Of a DNA stretch of 64,000 bases, positions 1 to 10,461 are shown in pieces. A model generated the notes under the pieces. It was not told the origin of the DNA. It saw only the letters and a program-made list of their open reading frames with translations, and did no database searches. This DNA comes from Zygnema circumcarinatum SAG 698-1b (lineage: Eukaryota; Plantae; Zygnematophyceae), in the NCBI GenBank assembly GCA_037447605.1, contig CM074806.1:1550001-1614000 (forward strand), written 5' to 3'. Position 1 is the stretch's first letter, and each line of letters opens with the position of its first letter. A program made the translations under genes and the position numbers.

Positions 1-747
1 CGGGCCGACAATAGAACTCTGCGATCGCACTTTGGTGCGCGCGTACCCCACAGCTACAGGCACGGCTGCCCCCACACATTTCAGAGTATGCTGCCCAGGC
101 CATTAAAAAACCACTCTCAGCACAAAGGTACAAAGGTTCAGACATTTGGTCGGGCTCAAAGTAAGCGATGACGTCGATATGTTGAGTCTTATGAGATGTA
201 TACATGGAGAAAGGGCGCAGGCAGCAGGAGCTTCAAGTACGGAAATCTCGGGATGGTTGCGTGAGGAAAAGGCAGCAAACTCACATGCAGTGTTGGATTC
301 TGCCAGTTGAGCACAGAGCCTCCAGTGAGCAGTAGGGCAGATGCAATGGAAAGCTCATTGAGGCGAGACACAGGTAAGATGCTGCCAACCGCTGAGGCAA
401 TGATATTTAGGTGGCTTTCCCTGCCGGGTTTCCCAAACAGGAATTTCGCTATCCATCGGCTGACTCCAATAGCACTAACGCAGGCCATGGCCACTCCTGC
501 AATGATGGGAAAAAAAGCCTGCAATCACCCGTTGGTGTGAGTCCACTGTTCAGGATCTTTGCACATGCCTCAATTGAACTTGGCTGCAAACACCTACAGA
601 GATAGGGGCAACAGACTCTCCTGGCCGGCTAGAAATGCATAAACGTGCTGAGGAATACTTCAACGTTGGCGAACCGTGACTTGAGCAATTCTCCGACAGA
701 GGTAATTGGCACAGCACATTGCCTATAAACTTGAGCAGATTGAACAT
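1..747 (-). CDS. Uncharacterised spliced gene, possibly membrane-associated; runs off the left edge of the window
   Basis: ORFs 550..747 and 189..524 join in frame across a phase-0 GT-AG intron of about 78 bp (TCT|gtaggt...ttgcag|GCT). The second exon ends at a good donor (CAT|gtgagt) and contains a hydrophobic stretch (AFFPIIAGVAMACVSAIGV). Family not recognised. Confidence 0.45.
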
Positions 748-1291
748 CGATGAAGGCTCTCTGTAAAGTACTTATTGTTTTCAAAAAAAGGTTACGTTAA
801 TCGTTGCTTTGGAAAATTATGACCAACAGGGGTGAACGACAGTCTAAACTTTTCGGCCACGTAACACAACATCGGGCGCATCATCCAAGCGGTTACGTCT
901 GAATAGCATATTATTGCCAACTTCTTCATGGGATCTTCAATTTTTCCATACAGGAAAAAAAAAAGGGTCATGCCAAATTAAAACTTGAACTCTTATTTAA
1001 AGAGGGCCAGCTCTCTTTCGTACAGGAGTCCATCTACTCGGGATGGAGACGTCAAAAGGTAGAAATTCCAGAAACCAGAGTGAGAGATATAAAAGCTTGG
1101 AACTGGTTAAGTCCAACGACTGTTCCTCAAAAAACGAAAAACTTTTTTTGGAAGGAAACGCGTTATCTCCATTCAAAAAAGGAACTAATCTAAATGTTCG
1201 ACGAGTAGTCTTTGCGTCTAAAGGTCTAAAAGTCCCCATAAAGGTTGGCCCTACTGAAATACCACTTCAATACCTTTTCCCTCTCTTCACA

Positions 1292-1577
1292 GATGGTTAC
1301 GAATCCTTGGGAAAAACTAAGTACACTATCGTCAGCCCATCGGCCCACTATGTTTGGTGGTAAGTTTCGTAGTTTCAATTTAGGCTTTACCTTTATACCA
1401 CCAACTACACTCTTTCATGCATCTTATATGTTAATAAGCCTCGCCTTATCTTCGTATTCAGTATGCACTTCATCAGGTCCGGTCCAGTCAAATGATCAAA
1501 TGAAAAGGCGCAATAGAGACGAAGAGCTTGCAATGAAGCAATTTGCCCACAAAAATGAAAGATTGCGGGAAGAATGA
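1292..1577 (+). CDS. Candidate small two-exon protein (about 55 aa; about 76 aa if an upstream exon from 1043 is used)
   Basis: cag|ATG near 1292, donor G|gtaagt near 1359, acceptor catcag|GTCC near 1477. The phase-1 join gives MVTNPWEKLSTLSSAHRPTMFGGPVQSNDQMKRRNRDEELAMKQFAHKNERLREE*. Confidence 0.4.
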
Positions 1578-1789
1578 TTATTGAGAAGCAGAGAGTAGTA
1601 AAAAGCGCCGGAGTACAACAGCACCTGGGAGCAAAGAAGCACTCCTGCTGCATCTGCCACCCGCAGAACTGCATCCCAATGTTGAAAGACGGCATGCCTT
1701 TTGTTTCCTCTCCGCAAGAACCTGCAGCCAAATAGAGGAGCACATGGAGTAGAAACTTCAATCATAGGGTCCTCACTGTAGTCATTTGG

Positions 1790-3056
1790 CGTTGGCATTC
1801 CTTTCAGCAAAGAAAGGGGCGCGAATGCCAACTCCTTTAGACTCCCACAATCAGCCATAAGAAAAGAGGGAAAAAGCAAGGACTAAGAACATCCTGCTCA
1901 CTTGTCAAATGCTGAAACCGCAGCTCCAGCCAGTTGGCAGTGGCCGGGTGCAGCTCCAATGTGCAGCTTTAGAAGCTGGAGGGTGACATCCCCTCTGGTC
2001 ACACCTCCGACGCCGCAACCTATGCCGAAGCGCAAGGGAACGAATACTCGCACGGTGGAAACATTGCTTTTTTCACCGACATCGCCGGCACTGATGCCTT
2101 TTCGCCACAACGACTCGGGCTCTAATAAGGAGGCAGGCGGCACATTCCCTGTTGAAGGGAAAGCATAATCCCGCCTTAAACTATCACCGGCGTCCACCTC
2201 TGCAATGGCTCCAAGGCGTTTATGCCAAGCTTTCGACGCCATGCTGTGGAATGGTACTGGTAAGGGTCAAGTCATGCCCGCTTGAAAAAAATTTAGAGAG
2301 CAATTTCGCACGCTCACTGAAGTTTTTCTCCAGAAACTAAAATAGTTTCAAATTTCATGTTTTGAAAGTTTGAACAGAGCTCGTTCACAGGCCAGCTGAC
2401 AATGCAGCAAAATTGGAGCTGGAGCTGCGAAATGCCAGAAATTTACAATGCTCAGAATTTCTTCTGAATTTTTTTGGAAGGAGCAGAAGCAACAGAAGCC
2501 GCGCCTCCAGGCGGAGAGGACAGGACGCAGCCTCCCGCGGAGGAGTTCCGTGCGACTGTCCCTGTTGATTGTTCAGTTGCAACGCTAAAGCGTCCATAGA
2601 TCGCACATAGACGCGCCCATGGCAGTCATAAAACCACGACTGCGAGACCGACCAACCACTGGAGCTGGTTCCATCGGCCGCCAATGGATGGCTGCCAAAC
2701 CATTCATGAGCTTTGGCCGGGGCCTTGCAACGCCGCGATAGATAGTCCCAGCCATCAGTCATGCTTTCGCGGTGGTCTCGCTTTCTGGCTCTCTGTCCCT
2801 CCTCTGTAAGAGGGCAGAGATCGATGCCACATCTTCGGGAGTGCAAAGCAAAGCAGCCAATTCCAGTCACTCTTTCGCTTTGCCCCTTCACTAGCCTCCC
2901 CATTCGCGAGTGAGTTTTACCTCCTGCTTGCTCCTGGAGGGTAGTCCGGACGCTGCAGTCGCTTCTCGACGAGGCGGGTACGGAGCCTGCCAAGGAAGGT
3001 GGTGCCGTTGCCATCACAGTGTCTATGGTCGGTCTGACCGATCGCTGCCCAGGCAA
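1790..3056 (-). CDS. Uncharacterised spliced ORF chain
   Basis: ORFs 2385..3056 and 1898..2242 can be linked by a weak donor (CT|gtgaac) and a good acceptor (ttccacag|C). A donor at AA|gtgagc leads to a short last exon (...FDKNANAK*). No family recognised, and an antisense ORF 1902..2168 competes. Confidence 0.3.
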
Positions 3057-3614
3057 CTGCCTCTCACTTTCACTCTACTTTTCCTAGCCACCGTCCCCTA
3101 ATATACTGACACATTCTGCTTCTACACACAGCACAAAGATGCAGCTACAGCTCTATTTCCTCTTCATGTTCCCCCAAGCCCCATTGAAAACCACACAAAG
3201 GTCTACCAATGGCTGAACAATTGGGCTTGTCAACCATTGGCGCACTATGCTTGGCCAATGATTGCTGATCCCATTGTCTGACTTGTTCACCTATAGCAAG
3301 CATGTATGGCACCCTCCATTCAATCTTTTTCGCAGCCCAACATGTGCAAGGGGCAGCCTGAGGCAAAAAAATGGAATACTGGAAACAGCCAATCAGCGTA
3401 ACGTTATGCGGAGCAGCAGTCACGCAAATGGCAAGACCTCCGATGAGCAGTGGAATCTTGCCAATTGAATATGACAGATTATATTTGTAGATCGATAATG
3501 TTGAAATACAATAATAAGTACTACAGCTGGGCTCTCTATGAACTATTGTGATTCTGATAACGACTTATTCACCATAAAGAATAAACAATTAATTACATCC
3601 TGCACGGATGGCCC

Positions 3615-6600
3615 CTATGTGTCCGCCAGAAATTCCGCAAGGAGATCTGCGACCTTTTTGGGTTTCTCTATGTGCGGAAGATGGCCGCAATTTGCGATCC
3701 ACTCCAACCGCGACACCGGCAGCTCCTTCACAAACCGCTGCTCCGCCATGCCCGGGATTAAGGATTGAGGACAAATTCTCCTTTTAGGGCTTCGAGTCAG
3801 AGTGGCAGCGCATCCAATTCCAGGACACCGGCCATATCTCCGCTACTCTATGCCGACTGACATTCAGAATTGAAACACTTCAGATTGAAATAAAGTCTTC
3901 AAAGAAGCCTGACAGAGGATAAAGACCTTGCTTGCAGGTAAGCCATAGCACTCATACCTCAGCAAAGGACTTCTCCAGGATTGTGTCCTCCTCCCCCCAG
4001 ATAAGAAGCACTTCTTGCTGCACCTGCAGCCGCACAATCAGAGGCATCACACTCACATATGACAGAGCTCTTTGCAGTTCTCTTACCTCCACAAATCTTA
4101 CAACGCTGGGTTTCAATAGTAACGGGTTCAAGCTGACCTGGCTGATACGCCGTGCAACATTGTAGCCACCACTGCGCATAAATGACACCATGGCCTCCTC
4201 CCAGCCGGGCATCAAAGTATGCAGTCGCCCCACCTGCTTCCATACACTCCACTCCATTCAACGGCTGACAAACTATTCCCGTATCCTCAACTGCCCCCAC
4301 TCCAAACTATTCATATATCAAAATGCCGTCCCTACGCTGCGTGAGGTAGCTCCTTCATCTGCCGGCCATGGCACCCTGATGCAAGCAGGGGGAATACTGC
4401 AGAGACAATAGGAGGCAGGGAGGAGGGGGATTGCGAACCCGCACGGCGTCTTCAGTGGCGATTTGAGTATTGCTGAATGCCAACTTCGTGGCATAGGACC
4501 GCACCATCACATTCTTCAGCACGCCCACCTGCCCTATGCCCCCATAACTGACCAAAATATTAAAAAAAAAAAGGGCAGCGTCGAGTTTATTCCTGCCTGA
4601 CCGCTAACAAGGTAAGTAATAAGAAGACGGCCAGTACAGGGAGGGTTCAGCAGCAGCCAACGCACCCCTGCATATTGGAAAGGGCGCGGGAGGGAAGCCA
4701 TAGGACCCAAACCCTCTGTAAACCCCTGCGCATCGATTAGCACCAGCTTGGCCACCTGGGATGAAAGAAGCCCCCATGGACACACGAAAATCGCTTCAGT
4801 TTCAGTATTTTCATCATTAGTTTCTATCTCGCAACATACTGCCCAACATCTCATAGCTAAAGGGCCCTATGGTGCACAAAATTAGCGAGCTTCCGACCCA
4901 TTGACTCGGTCAAGTTTAGGCATCACAGCGACGAGATAAGAGAGTGGGCAGAGCTAATGCAGACTCACAGCATCAGGATGAGCGAGAGCAAAATCGATGG
5001 CTGCAGCTCCACCGAGACTTGGGCCGACTACCACCACAGGCCGGCCAATGTATGTCTTCCAGAACTGCACAACTTTTCAAACGAATAAGTTCCACCCCCT
5101 TCTCCTGCTCTTATCCAGAGGCAAGGAAGCCGAAGACGAGCAAGATAGGTGCAGTTGTACATATTCACTGTCGCAACCTACCTCGTACATGTGCTCACGC
5201 TTGGCTTCCACAGTGCATGGAACAGGCTCCGTTTCTGGCACACCTACATGAAATGCTCTCAGTAAGCTTGGAGCACTCAAATTTGGCAGAGCCACAGATT
5301 TTTACTATGTTTCTCTATTACTCTCTCCCTCTCCCTCTCTAACTGTAAAGACCGACTAGTAAAGACACATTCAGGCAGTTCGCGGCGTATACCTGCGTGG
5401 GTAAAGCCCCATCCGAAAATATCGAGGGCCCACGCCTCCACGTCGAGAGGCTCGAGCATGGGTAGGAGATGTCGCCATTCCAGACACGAGCTGCCAAAAG
5501 TGCAACTGCTTTTTTAAAAGACTAGGAACAGACTCGACCAACTTCACTGTGGTAAACTGGAACATCACCGTGGTTCTACATCTTGTCTTTGTCCATGATC
5601 ACCATCGTGAGATCAAGGGCCAAATCCCTCCTTACTGATAAGTCATCGACTCAGCCTGGCCCCTGTACTGCTAGATGTTAGCACGTGCATGTGAGAAGTT
5701 CGTATACAGGAAGGAGAAAACTCTACCTGTCAAAGCCGTGCAGCAACAAGATTGGCAGCTTTGATGTGCCACTGTTCAATGGAGGAACACAACCAGTTGG
5801 AATAGGGTCTGGTGTAAAACTCGTCTGCAGGCCAACATTGGAAGGGCTCATGGCCTTGACAACTGCCTTGGCAGCAAGATAAGGAGTTGGAAACATAACG
5901 CAGCAATATGCTTGTCAGCCCCAATTCCGCTTTCCCCGCAAGTAAATTTGGACACAGGAGCTAGTTGGACGTAAGCATTCGATAACGTAAAGGCAGTTCT
6001 CTCTGCACGGCCAGACAGTAAATCGGCGGAGCTCTTGTAAAAAGTACACGTGAAATTAAGTCATAGTGACAAGCCATCTTGCAGTCAAACACAGAATAAT
6101 AGCTATATGTTTGTACTCCCTCTGTCACCGTCAGGTAAGTGGATGAGTTTATTCATAAGCTCTGGTTGGCCAGTCTTGGCCTCCAGCGTTTTGTAGCTTA
6201 TCGCACTTTGACAGTATTGAAGGCTTCCCAATATCCTTAAAGGTGAATGGATCAAGTCTGGAATATTCCAGATTGGTGGATTGGTGGATTGGTACAAGCT
6301 CCTCTAGAACTTTGTGATGAAAGAACCATCTGTTACGGTTCAACCATGTACGCTTAAACAAATGATGGAGGCGCGTATCTATGTGTTGTTTAAGCCACAG
6401 CTGTGAGTGCAAAAAGTTTGACTCTTTGGACATTCACTCGGCTTGGGAGGATTCGCCTCCTTTGGATGCCAACGAATATGAACCGCACTCTCTTCACCAA
6501 CTGGCAATCATCAGGGCTCATCATTTTTCTATTTGATAAACGAGATTTCTGGTGTTAATAACGTGCTTTTCAGCGTCAGCCTATTTCAACATTTCTTTCT

Positions 6601-7777
6601 AGTATGCTGGGGAGTAATTGTGTTTGCATAATCCGCAAGTGAGATTTTCATAAAACTTCTTGGCATGAACAACATGCCACGACCTGATTGAAGAAACGTT
6701 CTTCAGTAGTCACAAAATGGCCAATATCCTTACATCTTAGAGAGGACGTCTTTCTATAGTCTACAGGTTGATTGCCACAGCCAAGGCAAGCCAGTTCATT
6801 ACATTCCATACTAATCACACAGTGCTCAGCGCCAACGCTTATGGTCTGAATAATTCGAAATGATTCTATTACCAAATGATCCTTGGCACACAACGAACAT
6901 GACTTATAATTGAGCCATTCGAAAACTTCACTGCCGCGTTTGCTGCGGGAACTGCTGAATATTTTTTGGGCTCGAAGCGTCATAGTACGGGAGTTACTCA
7001 TCTTAGTCGGATGACTTTTTCACTCATTTTCAGTTGTAAATCTCACAACTATACATTGACGTCAAAATTTCACATTCGGAGGCTTCATTTGGAAAAGATT
7101 TGGTGAAATTTGCAGCTCTGCTGCGCATTCTTCACACTTTGAGGGGCTTGCTTAGTCAACATGATTTGGTTCAACAATGCAGTGAAGGGTCATGTCTTCG
7201 AATGCCAGAATTGCTCGCAATTCTTTGGACAAGCGTGTTTCAAAAGGGAAGATGCCAGCTTTACAAGTAATATTGATCACAACTTTCGTGGTAAGTCAGG
7301 CTCCACTTGTTCGAAGCGTTAGAAAACTGCGGTCAAATGTACTCCCATATCATGCTGTGATGGTTTTGAGGCTCCGCACCTTACCTGCACAGGAAATCGT
7401 TGAATCCTTCTAGCTAAGTCGCGTGCAAGTTCTTCCTCCAAATCCTCCACTTCTCGAGGCAGAAATGAGGGAAACGTGGCGATGAGAGGGGCAGCAGATG
7501 ATGATAGAGACGCTGTTATTCTCTTGAGAGCCCATTTCCGACATATGTTTTGCTCCAAGTTCTCTGTAAAAGCAGTCTCTCTACCAGCATTATGTCCAGC
7601 ACTTCTGAACCAGCGCCCTTTCACCTGCATAGACGCATTTTGAAAGCTCGACGACAGGCTAACGAGAGCGCAAGAAGACAGGCCCGAACAAGCCCACCCC
7701 GGTCGGCGACGACCCAGGGGGACGCCATACACTGCAACAGCAGCAGCAGCAGCGGGGCCAGCGGCAGCGGCAGCCAT
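3615..7777 (-). CDS. Alpha/beta-hydrolase fold protein, likely plastid-targeted (At5g39220/At1g13820-like)
   Basis: About nine exons give LLLHGFDSSCLEW, WALDIFGWGF, nucleophile motif VVGPSLGG, LIWGEEDTIL (Asp) and NCGHLPHIEKP (His). Ala/Ser/Arg-rich N-terminus from ATG 7777; stop at 3615. Confidence 0.9.
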
Positions 7778-7872
7778 GTCCAGAGCTTTCCGGGCCCTGG
7801 CCGCGCTTCCCTGAGTGAGGGGCCTTGCGCCGTCCCTCCCTACGCGACCGCGCGAAGGCCGCCCTTCCTGAC

Positions 7873-7931
7873 GGCGGTGGGACTGCGAACTGGCGGTGGA
7901 CTGCGAACTGGCGGTGGACTGCGAACTGGCG
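7873..7931. repeat. 18-bp tandem repeat (GGCGGTGGACTGCGAACT) x about 3
   Basis: Read directly; lies about 100 bp upstream of the hydrolase ATG. Confidence 0.9.
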
Positions 7932-8893
7932 TTGACCTCGCGACGCCGTCACATGTGCCTGTATGCACGCACGCACATTGACTGCACAACAAAAACAACA
8001 ACATGAACTCCAAGAACTAGCCAACCCGTCGCAGATGGCCCAAAAGGAACGGACAGAAAAGCTAGGCAGCTGAATGTTCCGCGAGCGTTCGCCTGCCCAC
8101 GGGACGGTTCAGCGCATTGCATTGGTCGCGCCATGCCATGACATGCCATGCCATGCCGCAAACGCAAGCGCGGGAGCGAGGCCGCGCTTTCCCGCCCACC
8201 ACACGCTTGTCGGCGCCATGAGGGGGTGGGCGGTGGCAGACACTTGATCAAACATTCGGCGTACGGAAAAATATTGTTGGTAACTTAGAAAGTCAATCTC
8301 CGCACAAAGCGAAGTGCCGAGCCTGCCTGCCTGCCTGCCTGCCTGTCCGCCCGTGACGTGACCGCCTTCGCCGCCTCGCCGGCCCTGTCCGCCCCTCCGC
8401 ACTCCAACCGAACCCAAATCGGCCGGAAAGCGACCGGAGACCGCCCAAAGGTTTAGGTTAGGTTGCCGTGTTGCGCGGCGCGTTACCGCTCGCTCGGTCG
8501 GGCGTGAAGGTGCGGCAGGTGTTGGTCTGAAGGTGTGGTGGGCTGTTGGTGCGGCAGGTTGGTTAGCAGCTGAGGGAGGGAGTCCAACCGTGCGTTCATG
8601 CACAACACGGCGTGCTGGGAAAAATGACAAAATGTTCGCCCTTACCGTAGTCGTGGATGCTCATGCTAGGGATTGTGAATGTGAACTTGAAATATGGTAT
8701 GAACATCATTTGTAGTTCACGGTGAACATAGTAGGATAGGATACAACATGATACTTCTTGGTTTCGGTACTATCACTAAAAGACACTAGCATCAATAAAT
8801 TCATTCCATAAGACACAGATGTCAAGAATCAAAACGCACATACAAGACAAGAGAGCTAGTATGTATGGTCTTATCATGCATCATGTTGTCTTA

Positions 8894-9665
8894 CACTAGG
8901 TGGCCATGCGAACATGATCAAACCAACCATATTCTTGATAGCCAAGAGAGGGAGGCCATGCGTGTCTTGTAATGTTTCACAGATCGGACCATTAGACAAA
9001 CCAGTCGACTGGTTGGCAACCAGTGGTTGCGGACCGAAACAACCATTCGACTGGTTTGGAACCAGTGGATGCCACTGGTTGGCAACCAGTCGAATGGTTG
9101 GCAACCAGTGCCGCCGGATCGAAACAACCATTCGACTGGTTGCCAACCNNNNNNNNNNCAAACCAGTCGACTGGTTGCGAACCAGTGGCGCAGGACTGAA
9201 ACAACCATTCGACTGGTTCGGAACCAGTGATCCAATGGTTGGCAACCATTGAATTTCTGAAATTATGCCTTTTTGCAAAAATGGGTCGTTTGTGTTTTTT
9301 GGTTGGTTGCCAACCGTTGACAACTAGTGTAACAAGCCTGATGCGTACAGATGCGTACGGACTCGTACAGACAAATCGTACGGTTGTACGAGGATTCTGT
9401 ACGGCGGAACCGTAATAGTTTTCTCCGAAACGCCGACGACATTTTGGTAACTGTAGCGTTCAGTTCGCTACAACTAGTGATTTAATGGTTGCCAACCATT
9501 TGATTTAATGGATATAACCATTCGACTGGTTGCCAACCAGTGGTTGCGGACCGAAACAACCATTCGACGCCACTGGTTGGCAACCAGTCGACTGATTGCC
9601 AACCAGTAGACGTCCAACCATTGCCATCCAATGGTTGTCCAATGGTTGCCGATCCACTGGTCCGA
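8894..9665. mobile_element. Non-autonomous DNA-transposon remnant(s), CACTA- or Helitron-like, with a palindromic sub-terminal array
   Basis: Repeated AACCAGTCGACTGGTT / AACCATTCGACTGGTT / GGTTGCCAACC modules in both orientations, with an N-gap inside. Two ends share ACAACTAGTG (9320-9329 and 9470-9479). CACTAGGTGG at 8894. No clean TSD. Confidence 0.5.
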
Positions 9666-10461
9666 ACTGTGTAATGTTTTCGTTTAATGAACAATTGTTA
9701 ATTTAAAGAACCGTTCATTTGGAACTTCGAATCTAACACTTGGCAATCACCCTTTCTTTCCAATCTTTTGTCGTAATGACATAACTTTAAAGGTGGCAAT
9801 GAAGAAAACTTTCAACATTTTTCTTACGCATCCTTTGCACCCCATGACATGTATTCCAACACCAAAACATGGCAGGTTTTCGTCAAATTTTGTTCAGTCT
9901 GTCTGACACTCCCTATTGGATCCGCTGCCGACCACGTGGCGGGCGCTCCTTCGCCCTCCCTCGGCTTTTTTTTTTTTTTTGTTGGGCCAAATCCATTTCC
10001 CGCCGGCGATAGAAATTACATTTCAAGATCCCTCCGGCCGGCCGGCCGGCCGGACGGACGGACGGACGGACGCATGCGGCCCCGTCCGCCCCGCCGCCTC
10101 ACGCCCGTGCGGGGTGAGGCGGAGAGGAAGGGCCTCCTCGCCCTCCCCTCTCTCGCCGCCTCGCGCACGGCGGGCCGCAGAAAGCTCGGTCGGTCGGTTG
10201 CGCTCCCGAGGGGAGGGAGGGAGAGGGGTTGCCCTGCTCTCGCTCCACCGTACCTCGCCCTGCTCACTTTTTTGTCCTCTCAGTCTCCTGCTCTCCAGCT
10301 TCGTCTCCGCCCTCTTTCTCTCTCTGTACTTTCTCCTTCACCAGTCCAATCTACGTCGCCTGCATCCCGCCTTCCTTCCCTTCTAACTCCGTCTTCGTCT
10401 ATCCGTTTAGGCCTGCAAGCTCGCATCTCGTGCCCCGTAGGAGGGGGGGGCGTCCGGAGAG

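Noticed and set aside
5875-7384. ORF fragments in the 1.5-kb first intron of the hydrolase
   Set aside because: No motif I can recognise in any frame. A decayed TE is possible but unsupported.
8874-9694. CRISPR-like appearance of the palindromic repeats
   Set aside because: Eukaryotic context, no unique spacers of constant length, repeats in both orientations, and no cas genes.
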